DNA of 64,000 nucleotides from an uncultured bacterium (GTDB taxonomy: Bacteria; Poribacteria; WGA-4E; WGA-3G): positions 1,761 to 65,760 of the forward strand of contig CAZQIP010000155.1 in assembly GCA_964593655.1 (NCBI GenBank), in the 5' to 3' direction. The notes under the pieces are model-generated. The model was given only the letters and a program-made list of their open reading frames with translations. It searched no databases and was not told where the DNA came from. Shown here in pieces: positions 8,720 to 17,660 of the stretch. A program made the translations under genes and the position numbers. Numbering within the stretch: position 1 is the first letter of the stretch; the number at the start of each line of letters is the position of its first letter.

Positions 8720-11700
8720 CTATTCCTCTTCAAGTGAGAGATGAAAGACACCGAGCTGGAAAGTAGCAATATACAATCTGTCGTTCTTGGCAACAAGAGA
8801 AACAACTTTATCCGTTGCGTGTGGGTCAAACTCCCATGGCACCTGCGTAGCATTACCATTCTTGGCGACAAGGGAAACAACTTTTTTGGGTACACTTGGA
8901 GAGATTTTATGCCATTTGCCACGATTATCTAAACGATAGACCCCGGTATCGCCAATACCATAAACCGTGGTGCCATCCACAGCGAATTTGTCAATGACGA
9001 TATGTGCTCCCATTTTATCGGTTATTACGCGCCAGTGCGTGCCGGCTTGTGAAGCTAAAACCCCTTTATTCGTTGCGACGTAAACGGTTGAGCCGACAAA
9101 GATTATTTCCTTAAAACTGCTAAAGCGGAGTGGAAGGTTTGACGTAACGTCCCGCCAACTGTCTCCGCCATCAAAAGACTGAAACAGTCTGCCATCCCGC
9201 TTGCCTACGTAGATAATTTCTGCGGAAACTGCTAACTTGAACCCTTTATTCAATCCGGTATGAGACCGTTTACCGATATCTACCAGTCCAGTATTCGTCC
9301 ATTCTGTATCGCCGAGTTTCCATTTGAAAAGCCGCCCCAAAAATTCTATATAGAATGTCTCGCCACTGACTGCGAACCCGCCGATGCCACCATATACGTC
9401 AAGCAGGTATAATGAAGCGGGTACGTTTTTAATGACTTGGCGACCCGCAGCCAAACTCGCCTGTTTCAGTTCTTCAAAATGTGCTTCTGTCCAAAACTCC
9501 ATGACCAGTGCTTCACCATCAAAATCAGGGATGCTTTTAACTGGAATGAGGGCATTGCCATCTGCAGACAAACGCAAAACACGCAGATTGGCACCTTCAT
9601 CCATAATTACATAGAGTACATGATCAACAATTTTTAACTTTGAAAATGCAAAGAAACCGCTGTAAAGGCTTTCGTACACGCTTTCCCACGACACACCCCC
9701 GTCGGTCGATTGGAAGATGCCTTCACTGGTATGTGCATAGAGCCTATCGTTGAAAAGCACCAAATCCAGTGTGATCGTTCCTGCCATCCCATTCGTAAAT
9801 GAGTGCCACGAGTTCCCCGCATCAGTTGTCCGGTGAACACCGAATATCCCCGCTTTGTAAAACGTCCGTTCGTTTACCGCTACAAGTGACTGCTTGTTCA
9901 GCGTAAATGAGTTCAGATCTGATTCAAAATGTGTCCAAGTCTGTCCACCATCTGTGTAGGAGGGGTTTGTAATCCCGATTCCGCTCACACTTTGCGTTAA
10001 GAACGTTTTGTCAACAGGCAAAAACCTTATACCCGTTGGTGTCCGTATTAACACAGATTTATCTTTAGGCGTTATATCTGTCCACGATGTTCCCAAATCG
10101 GTTGAATGGTAAATACTGTTTAAACTTGCGTTGTCATCACTCGCTATTTCTTCTGCAGTCTTTGTCGTTGTGAAAAGATCGGGACCTGTTCTAACATAGA
10201 GATTCTTCTCAAAGACTTCCAGAGCGTAAATAGCTTTGGCAGTGCCCATAGGGAGTTGCTCCCAAACACCTGAATTGAGACGGTAGAGACCTCGGTTTGT
10301 GCCAGCAAACACCGTGTTTTCAACAGCTGTCAGCGCATAAATTCTTTTGCCTGTTAACCCATTGTTGATAGGTATCCACTGTTTACCGGCATCCGTAGAT
10401 CGGAAAACGCCCTTATTAAGAAGGGCGAGATACATGACTATAGACGCTTGTGAGCCTTGCCTTTGTGCCGTATTCGTGATAACCAATCCAATAGGATAGC
10501 CTCTCGGTAAGAAATTACCAAGTTCATTCCACGTCTCACCCCTATCAGTCGAAGTGAATATTTTATGGGAAGCGAGGTAGAGAATGCCGCTATGCTCCGT
10601 AATCGGTAAGAACCCTTCAGTCGGTAAACCTGTGTTGATGAGGGACCATGTATTTCCATCATTTGTCAATCTGTAGAGACCTGTTCCAGTAATAGCGTAG
10701 AGTCCGCCCTCAGATGTAGAGAAGAGCTTAATGCTGGCACCCCCTTGAAGACCATTCACCTGTGTCCACTGCGAACCAGAAAACCTACTGGCATCGCCCC
10801 ATGTATTGGACGCTAAAGCCGTCTCAGACACTTGTGAACCAGTCCTGTCGTTTCTACCCGGGGTCATAGCACGTCCCAACCTATTTTGAATATCTGGTTT
10901 TGATATAGTATCAAGCACTATAGATGTATCAACAATTTCAATCGTGGGTTCAGATCGCGCCTCGAAACTATATGGTTTCTGGAAACGAGCAATGTACTGG
11001 CTACTCACACCGAGCAGCAATATAACCAATACCGTAGCTGCACCAAAAGCTGCCCACGGGAGCGAGGCGTTTCCAGCTGGCGGCGATGCGGGATTTATGT
11101 CAGCGACTCGCCGAACAATGTTCTCGGTGAGGTTGGTAGGTAGCTGTACGCTACCGAGTACCTCGTGAACCAAAAATTCTTCTTCCGTCCGTAAACGTTT
11201 CCGCGCCCGCTGCAGCCGACTCGTAATTGTATTCACCGATACCCCTAAGAACCTACCTATTGCCTTAGTATCCATTTCACCGAGATAGTAGAGCGTTACG
11301 ACGGTGCGTTCGCTCTCCGGCAGTTTTTCGAGCAGTTTTTTTACGATCGTACTGCGACGCTCGGTTGCTTCTGCTTCGCGTTCCGCTGATGTGTGGTGGG
11401 CATAAGAAGATTCTTCTATCTCTTCCGTGGATGTGTCCTCCAGCGATTGCATCGTAGGTTTGCGTCTTTGAATCCAATTAAGGCAAAGCCGATTGGCAAT
11501 AACATACAACCAGCCCGCAAACTGATTAGGATTTTTCAGTGTCATGAGTTTTTTGTATACTTGGAGGAAGGCGTCTTGCGTAATTTCTTCAGCAACGTGG
11601 AAATCACCGACCTTCCGCCACGCGAGTGCGTGAACGCTCTTTTGGTATTTTTGTACCAAGGTGGTAAATGCCGCGTCGTCGCCATCTAAAATTCTGCGAA

Positions 11701-11725
11701 TGAGTTGAATATCGTTCTTGACCAT
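8720..11725 (-). CDS. ECF sigma factor fused to a TM helix and a BNR/Asp-box (Ycf48/sortilin-like) propeller domain
   Basis: 1001 aa with SD ggaga. The N-terminal ~300 aa are colinear with the 4884-7628 protein. One TM helix (LPWAAFGAATVLVILLLGV) is followed by seven SxDxGxxW-type boxes (STDRGETW, STDAGKQW, STDLGTSW, YTDGGQTW, TTDAGNSW, STDGGVSW, SFDGGDSW). Confidence 0.85.
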   Translation of the reverse strand: MVKNDIQLIRRILDGDDAAFTTLVQKYQKSVHALAWRKVGDFHVAEEITQDAFLQVYKKLMTLKNPNQFAGWLYVIANRLCLNWIQRRKPTMQSLEDTSTEEIEESSYAHHTSAEREAEATERRSTIVKKLLEKLPESERTVVTLYYLGEMDTKAIGRFLGVSVNTITSRLQRARKRLRTEEEFLVHEVLGSVQLPTNLTENIVRRVADINPASPPAGNASLPWAAFGAATVLVILLLGVSSQYIARFQKPYSFEARSEPTIEIVDTSIVLDTISKPDIQNRLGRAMTPGRNDRTGSQVSETALASNTWGDASRFSGSQWTQVNGLQGGASIKLFSTSEGGLYAITGTGLYRLTNDGNTWSLINTGLPTEGFLPITEHSGILYLASHKIFTSTDRGETWNELGNFLPRGYPIGLVITNTAQRQGSQASIVMYLALLNKGVFRSTDAGKQWIPINNGLTGKRIYALTAVENTVFAGTNRGLYRLNSGVWEQLPMGTAKAIYALEVFEKNLYVRTGPDLFTTTKTAEEIASDDNASLNSIYHSTDLGTSWTDITPKDKSVLIRTPTGIRFLPVDKTFLTQSVSGIGITNPSYTDGGQTWTHFESDLNSFTLNKQSLVAVNERTFYKAGIFGVHRTTDAGNSWHSFTNGMAGTITLDLVLFNDRLYAHTSEGIFQSTDGGVSWESVYESLYSGFFAFSKLKIVDHVLYVIMDEGANLRVLRLSADGNALIPVKSIPDFDGEALVMEFWTEAHFEELKQASLAAGRQVIKNVPASLYLLDVYGGIGGFAVSGETFYIEFLGRLFKWKLGDTEWTNTGLVDIGKRSHTGLNKGFKLAVSAEIIYVGKRDGRLFQSFDGGDSWRDVTSNLPLRFSSFKEIIFVGSTVYVATNKGVLASQAGTHWRVITDKMGAHIVIDKFAVDGTTVYGIGDTGVYRLDNRGKWHKISPSVPKKVVSLVAKNGNATQVPWEFDPHATDKVVSLVAKNDRLYIATFQLGVFHLSLEEE

Positions 11726-11782
11726 CGAAATTCTCCAAAAAAGAAACTAATAGTCTATCCATCTTTAAATTGTAGATAGATT

Positions 11783-11884
11783 CGTTCGTAGTAGTGCGAT
11801 TTTGCGGTGTACTCACCCAAATGCGAAGTGCATTATCGCACGTCTTCGCTCAGAAACGGGCAATGAATTGCCCTACTACGAACG
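11783..11884 (-). other. nested inverted repeats in the leader of the ECF-BNR gene / 3' flank of the upstream gene
   Basis: Outer 12-nt arms are cgttcgtagtag (11783-11794) and ctactacgaacg (11873-11884). Inner arms are gtgcgat...atcgcac. A further hairpin gggcaa-tgaa-ttgccc lies at 11858-11873. Confidence 0.3.
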
Positions 11885-11945
11885 GGGTTACTTCCAATTT
11901 TAGACTGGACAGACTACTAAGTTCGCTTTAAAACACAATTGGGTA

Positions 11946-12626
11946 TTAACGGCTTTTCACACGAATTTCATCAAATGTTCCTGTAGGTAGGTATCTTGAC
12001 AGGACCTTCCGAACAGTTGCTTCTGAGAGTTGCTGTGGTGTAATTAAAACACATTTATTCCGTGAACTCGTCCAATCTCTCTCGAAATTCTTGTAGCTTA
12101 CACGACGCTCGCCGAAATTAGCAAGGTGCTGAAGGGACACCTCTCCAGATCGGTCATCGTAACGAGACATCGGCAAAATTTCCGGTCTCCGTCCTTGCAA
12201 TTGAACCATTACAATAGGTGCCCAACCTTTCGCGATAAATGCCTTTAGGACATCAAACGAACAGTTGGAGACAATAGCGACATGCTGTGCTTTCCCGCGT
12301 GTCGTCAAGTAGAAATCGTCAAGTCCACCTCTACTAATGTCCGGAGTCTCTTTAAAAACATTCCTAACGTAAGGCAACTCGCGTAAGTTGACAGCAGCAG
12401 CTTTTGGCAAACGACTATCAGTGTTCCTTGACTGTGTTGGCATCGTCTTCGCGTCAGTAGTAGCTGCCGTTTCAGGGACGTAGTACTGTGTTTTGGACGG
12501 TGAACCGCAATTAATTGTCAAAACCACGAAAGCCAGCAATACAATACAGACAGGCACAATTGAATATGAAAAACCGGCAACCAACGTCCTGCGAACATTT
12601 TTTGAAGAAAACTTATTGCGTTGCAT
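11946..12626 (-). CDS. hypothetical membrane-anchored/lipoprotein-like protein
   Basis: 226 aa with a strong SD aaggagga 8 nt before the ATG. It has an N-terminal TM/signal anchor (IVPVCIVLLAFVVLTINCGS). The family is not recognised. A Cys...His pair (VSNCSFD ... LQHLANF) weakly hints at a papain/C39-like fold. Confidence 0.6.
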   Translation of the reverse strand: MQRNKFSSKNVRRTLVAGFSYSIVPVCIVLLAFVVLTINCGSPSKTQYYVPETAATTDAKTMPTQSRNTDSRLPKAAAVNLRELPYVRNVFKETPDISRGGLDDFYLTTRGKAQHVAIVSNCSFDVLKAFIAKGWAPIVMVQLQGRRPEILPMSRYDDRSGEVSLQHLANFGERRVSYKNFERDWTSSRNKCVLITPQQLSEATVRKVLSRYLPTGTFDEIRVKSR

Positions 12627-12630
12627 AATT

Positions 12631-12673
12631 TTATCCTCCTTTTTAAATTAATGACACAATTTTTGGAGGATAA
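12631..12673 (-). promoter_or_regulatory. SD-sequestering hairpin in the leader of the 226-aa gene
   Basis: On the mRNA strand, UUAUCCUCC (from 12665-12673) is perfectly complementary to GGAGGAUAA (from 12631-12639), which contains the SD. The loop is 25 nt and the ATG is at 12626. Confidence 0.4.
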
Positions 12674-12774
12674 CGTGCATTTTTCGTTAAAAAAACGAAA
12701 AATGCAGGTCGCATCTGGGCGAATACGCCGTAAAACTGAATATTCGTATGATTTTAATGGAGGAAAAAACAAAA

Positions 12775-14688
12775 TCATCCGGGTAAGGCACCTTGGTAAT
12801 TCACTCCCGTAAACATCCCGAGGACCATCCAAAACCCGACGATGCCAAACTCGCCTATAATCAATCCCATAAAGAGGGGGCGGAATCTGCGATAGTATCC
12901 GATGCCGCCTGATTTCAGTGCCAAATACTTCAAGAACCAACCCACACACATACACGACCAGAGAAAATAGGAGGAGTAGACTGCACCCATCACGTACCCA
13001 ATAGGGTGAAGTTGCCACCACATGAATTGACGCTGCATAATCAGTAGAAAGCCGGTGGTGCCGGCACCCAAGAGCATGCTGTATGCCTCGTCTAATTTCA
13101 TGTCTTTCGGATACTGGATCAGAGAAACCATGTGATTGAAATATCTTGGGGAACCGACGAAGGGCCCCCTTTGCAGATTCAAGCCGCCTTTTTCATAAAT
13201 CAAGGGCAGTGATGCAGCGTAGGAGATACCGATAGCGACAACAATAGCAAGTGCCATCGCACCGAGTATACTTCTCCGACTTAATCGAACTGGGTCCGCC
13301 GCTTTTAATCCGTGCAAAACGCTCGGCATTAAAATACCGCCCCAGTCGCGCATCATGACGCGCTGAAACCCTAAGAGGGATAGGCTGCTTGCGTCTATGA
13401 TCCTTGAACCGGCAATAATCTCAAAGTACTCCACGGGGTACATCGGTGCTTGGATCAGTAGCATGCCGCCGTTGACCACCATCCATGTCAGTGCAGTAGA
13501 AGCAATTAAAAAAAGTACGATAATACTACAAGCAACCCAAAGCGACATTCCCGCGTAGGCACAAAGACCTGTGAGTAAGATGAAACTGAAAATCGTTCCC
13601 AGAACTGCCCATCTATACGGCAATGCCTCATCTGAATCATCGATTGTTGTAGAGGTCGCCGATTCCAGAAATGTTCGCTTCAGGAGGTCTTTGATATGTG
13701 AACGACTGTTAAGCAGGAAGGCGAGGACCATGACCACGTATGCAGCCATCGTCTGTCCTCTCGCTGATATCCACGGGCTGATGGGGATAGCAAAAGCGTT
13801 AATGATAATGTACTGGAGTTTGAAGAATAGAAAGAAAAACCAGCAGCTAAACGATACCTCCATAGCGAGAAAATAGGTTATACCGATAACCGAAAAATAA
13901 AGGAAGAACCGAAATTGGGGCCACCACCCCATCACAATCCATGGACGTTCCGTGAATGGGGTATACAAGTCGTACCGATTCGGAATAGTCGGCAGCGACG
14001 GCACATACTCGTGCAGTCCGTTGAGCAGATGAAATGCGGCGGCGATCGCAAAACCTACCCATACCAGTGGATTCCTGAAAAAACCATCCAGAGAACGATG
14101 CGTTGATGCCTGCTGAACCATCTCTACGGGTATAGTAACGAGCGGAAATATGAACCTTTCGCGTTCCACCCACTGTTTCCGAATCACAATTGATACACAG
14201 ATGATCAGACAGTAGAGCAGAAGGATAAAAGCAGTCCAGACCAGAAGCGGTTTCACCCAGAGTCCCCATGGAACAAGCGATTCCCCTTCATAGAAATCAG
14301 TAACAGCATGTGTATCCCACACAATTAGCCATTCGGGGAAATGTGGGTGAAGCGTTTCTGCCCATTCGTTTTCAGGGGTCGCAAAATAGACGGGTGCTGC
14401 CAGATACGGAAGTAGATACCCAATCATCCCTTTTGATGGAATTGCTGAACTTACACCCATCATTACCCATACGACCATCAATTCTGCCGGACTTAGCACC
14501 GCCCGAGGCACGACTTTTTTTAGAATGGGATTGATGACTAAGGTGAGAAAAATCAGCGTAAAAACTGCCCCTAAAGGAAAGTGATTTCCAGAGATATCTG
14601 TCCCTTGGAGATAGTAGTCGTTATAAGGCGTGATGGCTGTTTGAAGGATAACAAGTGCCAACCCGATCAGAATCGCTCTCACGCGCAT
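12775..14688 (-). CDS. large polytopic integral membrane protein of unknown function
   Basis: The ORF is open to a GTG at 14724. The ATG at 14688 (MRVRAILIG...) has SD gaggtgag. It has more than 12 hydrophobic segments throughout and no recognisable transporter signature. It may belong to the DUF678x type of ~650-aa membrane proteins, but this is unverified. Confidence 0.75.
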   Translation of the reverse strand: MRVRAILIGLALVILQTAITPYNDYYLQGTDISGNHFPLGAVFTLIFLTLVINPILKKVVPRAVLSPAELMVVWVMMGVSSAIPSKGMIGYLLPYLAAPVYFATPENEWAETLHPHFPEWLIVWDTHAVTDFYEGESLVPWGLWVKPLLVWTAFILLLYCLIICVSIVIRKQWVERERFIFPLVTIPVEMVQQASTHRSLDGFFRNPLVWVGFAIAAAFHLLNGLHEYVPSLPTIPNRYDLYTPFTERPWIVMGWWPQFRFFLYFSVIGITYFLAMEVSFSCWFFFLFFKLQYIIINAFAIPISPWISARGQTMAAYVVMVLAFLLNSRSHIKDLLKRTFLESATSTTIDDSDEALPYRWAVLGTIFSFILLTGLCAYAGMSLWVACSIIVLFLIASTALTWMVVNGGMLLIQAPMYPVEYFEIIAGSRIIDASSLSLLGFQRVMMRDWGGILMPSVLHGLKAADPVRLSRRSILGAMALAIVVAIGISYAASLPLIYEKGGLNLQRGPFVGSPRYFNHMVSLIQYPKDMKLDEAYSMLLGAGTTGFLLIMQRQFMWWQLHPIGYVMGAVYSSYFLWSCMCVGWFLKYLALKSGGIGYYRRFRPLFMGLIIGEFGIVGFWMVLGMFTGVNYQGALPG

Positions 14689-14765
14689 CTGTTTCTCACC
14701 TCGCTTTAGCGACTCCGAAGTCACGCGATCACTATCATCGTGATGGCGTGCTTCGGCAGATTTTT

Positions 14766-14797
14766 TGTAGGGGAAACCGGCTAACCGAGCCCCTACA
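14766..14797 (-). other. hairpin TGTAGGGG-N16-CCCCTACA immediately 3' of the sulfatase gene
   Basis: 8-bp stem formed by 14766-14773 and 14790-14797. On the gene-sense (minus) RNA it is followed by A6, not U. The same GTAGGGG/CCCCTAC stem recurs at 61413-61439. Confidence 0.35.
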
Positions 14798-14820
14798 GAA
14801 GTTAGAAGACCGACAAAGCA

Positions 14821-16281
14821 CTAATGCGAAGCGACACGAGGTATCATCTGAGGGTGTGCATAGACGGCGGCATCGAAGCTTTTTTGCATCAATTCCCATT
14901 TAACAGATTGGTAATCTGCCTGCTCGGAAAGGTCGTTGTGTTCCCAGGGGTCGTTATCAAGGTTGTACAATTCGCAAATCCCCTTCTGATGGTAGACGAC
15001 AAGTTTCCAGCGTCGATCTCGGTACATGGTGGCGTGGGTCTGGTCAGGCATTGAGATTGCATCGAAAAATTCACAACGCACCGCCTCGCGATGCTCGCTG
15101 GTAGGAGTGTCCCCGCGTAGAAGTGGCGCGAGGGATTTGCCCTGCACATAGTATGGTATATCTACATCCAAAACATCGTACAAGGTAGGGACAATATCGA
15201 GCAGTTCAACAAGTGCATCACTTTGGACATCCTGCAAGAAATGATTTTGCCATGAAATAATCAGCGGGACCCGCACCGATCCTTCGTAAAACCGGCACCC
15301 TTTGTATACTAAGCCGTGGTCTCCAAGTGCTTCCCCGTGATCGGATGTGAAAATGATGATAGTATCGTCCCGAAGTCCTTGGGCATCAAGATAATCAAGT
15401 GTACGTCCAAATTCGTGGTCGAGTTGTTCAATCATAGCGTAATAAGACGCTTGCATCCGCTTGTCGTCCCATTCAGCCGGTGGTTTCGCCTTAGATTGGA
15501 AATCAATTCCAGCGTCTGTCAATTTTGACTGGAAGGCAATATCGCTCTCCTGAAAGTGAGGCCCGGGCAGCGTTTCTGGGTCATATCGCCGGTAATACTC
15601 CCAAGGTGCATCAAACGGCGGGTGTGGGTCAAACGGGTTGATGCTCAGTATCCATGGCTGATTTTCTCGCCGATTTTTCTCAATAAATTCAATTGTTTTT
15701 TCGGTGCACCAGTAGGTCTGGTGGAGGTCTGGTGGGATGTTATCGCGATCGGGTGTCGGTGGATGCACACGTCCGGCTCTATTCGGATACTTTTGGGAGA
15801 TAGCCTTTCCAGCTATCAACGCTGCAGGATCAACACCTTGGGCGCGTTGCCAATCTGCGTATTCGTGCCCCAACGCATTCGGCTTTCCGTGGTCATGGCT
15901 ATATTGGAAGTAGCGGTAGCCGTCGTTGACGCGGTTTTCTTGTGCTTCGTAAGCACTTGCGAGATGGAGTTTACCAATCAATCCACAGTCGTAACCGTCT
16001 TGCGCGAGTGCGTGCGTAATCAATCGGTCTTCGTAGTGTTCAGGAAACACGGGGTTGCCGTTGCCGGTGACGCTCACAGCGGAAGGATACATACCGGTCA
16101 TGAAACTCGCACGAGAAGGCGTGCAGATGGGAGATTGACAATAGGCATGGGTGAATGTGACCGACTGCTGTACAAATTCGTCGAGTCTCGGTGTGCGGAT
16201 ATGCGGATTTCCTAACGCTCCGATAGTGTCGAAACGTTGTTGGTCTGTACAGTACCATAGGATATTTGGACGTTTTTCCAT
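14821..16281 (-). CDS. formylglycine-dependent sulfatase (arylsulfatase A family)
   Basis: The start is taken at ATG 16281 (MEKRPNILWYCTDQQRFD). The sulfatase signature CTPSRASFMTG is present, along with GKLHL and SDHGE motifs. Confidence 0.9.
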   Translation of the reverse strand: MEKRPNILWYCTDQQRFDTIGALGNPHIRTPRLDEFVQQSVTFTHAYCQSPICTPSRASFMTGMYPSAVSVTGNGNPVFPEHYEDRLITHALAQDGYDCGLIGKLHLASAYEAQENRVNDGYRYFQYSHDHGKPNALGHEYADWQRAQGVDPAALIAGKAISQKYPNRAGRVHPPTPDRDNIPPDLHQTYWCTEKTIEFIEKNRRENQPWILSINPFDPHPPFDAPWEYYRRYDPETLPGPHFQESDIAFQSKLTDAGIDFQSKAKPPAEWDDKRMQASYYAMIEQLDHEFGRTLDYLDAQGLRDDTIIIFTSDHGEALGDHGLVYKGCRFYEGSVRVPLIISWQNHFLQDVQSDALVELLDIVPTLYDVLDVDIPYYVQGKSLAPLLRGDTPTSEHREAVRCEFFDAISMPDQTHATMYRDRRWKLVVYHQKGICELYNLDNDPWEHNDLSEQADYQSVKWELMQKSFDAAVYAHPQMIPRVASH

Positions 16282-16483
16282 CTTTGCTCCTTTTCGCGGG
16301 TTTTGTAGAGTTATCATTAAACATAGATTTAATTTAGACGCGTGCTGAATCAATGTCGAATGCACGGATGGCATCAGTCAGGTTGAACGGAACATCAAAA
16401 ATCGAGAATCAAGTGTACTCGAGCGGAGGCTACGTGAATCCTCAGCCTGCTTGGAGGGGTGAAATTCAACGCGCTGCTGTCTG

Positions 16484-17443
16484 CTACCACGCGTACGCTT
16501 CTGGTGCTTCACCGCCAGGTCCAGTCCAAATCTCATCGAGTCTTGCAAGCACTTCATCGTCTAATTTCAACGCCAAGACAGACAAGTTCTGCTCAAGTTG
16601 TTCGACTGTCCTCGGTCCGATAATTGGTGCTGTAATATCCGAATTGTTGAGGACCCATGCTAAGGCGATGTTAGCCGGTGGTTGTCCTATTGATACGCAG
16701 AGTTCTTCATACGCTTCTAGCTGTGAGCGATGCCTTTTAATCGTCTGTCTGAACGATTCCCTGCCTCGCCGTCCGGTGGTCGGGTTATCCAGGACACCAC
16801 AAAGCAATCCACCACCCATCGGACTATACGGAATCACTCCTAAACCGAGTTCTCGACAACACGGGAGGACTTCAAGTTCGATTGTCCGGCTGCGGAGATT
16901 ATACACGCTCTGTTCTGAAACAAGTCCAAGAAAGTTGCGCTGCGCAGCAATACCTTGTGCGCGAGCAATATCCCACGCAGCAAAGTTGCTACTGCCGACG
17001 TATAGAATTTTCCCTTCACGCACCAATTGCTCCATCGCTTGCCAAATCTCATCCCACGGTGTACGGCGATCAACATGATGCATCTGGTACAGGTCTATGT
17101 GGTCGGTCTGCAGGCGGCGTAGGCTATCCTCACACGCTCGACGGATATGATACGCCGACAGACGACCGTCATTGGGTCCCTCACCTGTCTGACCATAAAG
17201 TTTGGTTGCCAGAACAATCCGATCGCGCCGACTCTTATCCTGTGCTAACCAGTTTCCAATAATTGTTTCCGTTAAACCTTCGTTATAGATGTTAGCGGTG
17301 TCGAAAAAGTTGATTCCAGCTTGTAGTGCCTGACTCAGTATCGAAAACGAATCCTCTTCCGACGCGTGTCTACCGAAATTGACGGTGCCGAGACAGAGAC
17401 GACTCACCCGTAGTCCAATTCGGCCGAGATAAGTGTATTCCAT
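16484..17443 (-). CDS. aldo/keto reductase
   Basis: 319 aa with SD ggaga. AKR hallmarks are present: LGTVNFG, DTANIY, LATKL, IDLYQMH and a C-terminal GPR...L segment. Confidence 0.9.
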   Translation of the reverse strand: MEYTYLGRIGLRVSRLCLGTVNFGRHASEEDSFSILSQALQAGINFFDTANIYNEGLTETIIGNWLAQDKSRRDRIVLATKLYGQTGEGPNDGRLSAYHIRRACEDSLRRLQTDHIDLYQMHHVDRRTPWDEIWQAMEQLVREGKILYVGSSNFAAWDIARAQGIAAQRNFLGLVSEQSVYNLRSRTIELEVLPCCRELGLGVIPYSPMGGGLLCGVLDNPTTGRRGRESFRQTIKRHRSQLEAYEELCVSIGQPPANIALAWVLNNSDITAPIIGPRTVEQLEQNLSVLALKLDDEVLARLDEIWTGPGGEAPEAYAW

Positions 17444-17622
17444 AGCGACTTCTCCTATGACTAACTGTATGGGTGTTGGTAACCCTGAAATCTGGCAGCT
17501 AAAACTTCTATAACCATTCTATCAAATCTCCGCTTTTTGATTAACAAAAATCTGGTGATTAGTCAGGGTCATTCAATTTTAAGAAATTATTGGATTGGGT
17601 GTCTTTTTTCCCAGGATCCGGT

Positions 17623-17660
17623 GCGAAATCTAGCGAAATCTAGCGAAATCTAGCGAAAAT
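17623..17660. repeat. tandem 10-nt repeat gcgaaatcta x3 plus a partial copy
   Basis: Three exact copies at 17623-17652, followed by gcgaaaat. The repeat lies in the 480-nt divergent intergenic region between the AKR and MlrC-like genes. Confidence 0.9.

Noticed and set aside
14766-14797. Hairpin as a rho-independent terminator of the sulfatase gene.
   Set aside because: In the sense of the minus-strand transcript the stem is followed by A6 rather than a U-tract. The T-run precedes the stem on the plus strand, where no gene ends.
16353-17078. 241-aa plus-strand ORF antisense to the aldo/keto reductase. Similar long antisense ORFs lie at 15556-16215, 38618-39361, 32014-32544, 54730-55263 and 55473-55970.
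   Set aside because: Each lies entirely inside a strongly supported gene on the other strand. They have Ser/Arg/Pro-rich low-complexity translations, no SD and no recognisable domain. These are typical shadow ORFs.
17623-17660. Possible CRISPR array or other spacer-repeat structure. The repeats at 55271-55315, 58695-58761 and 42323-42370 were considered for the same reason.
   Set aside because: The repeats are head-to-tail or separated by only 5 nt, with just 2-3 copies and units of 10-31 nt. There are no unique spacers of CRISPR length and no cas genes in the window.
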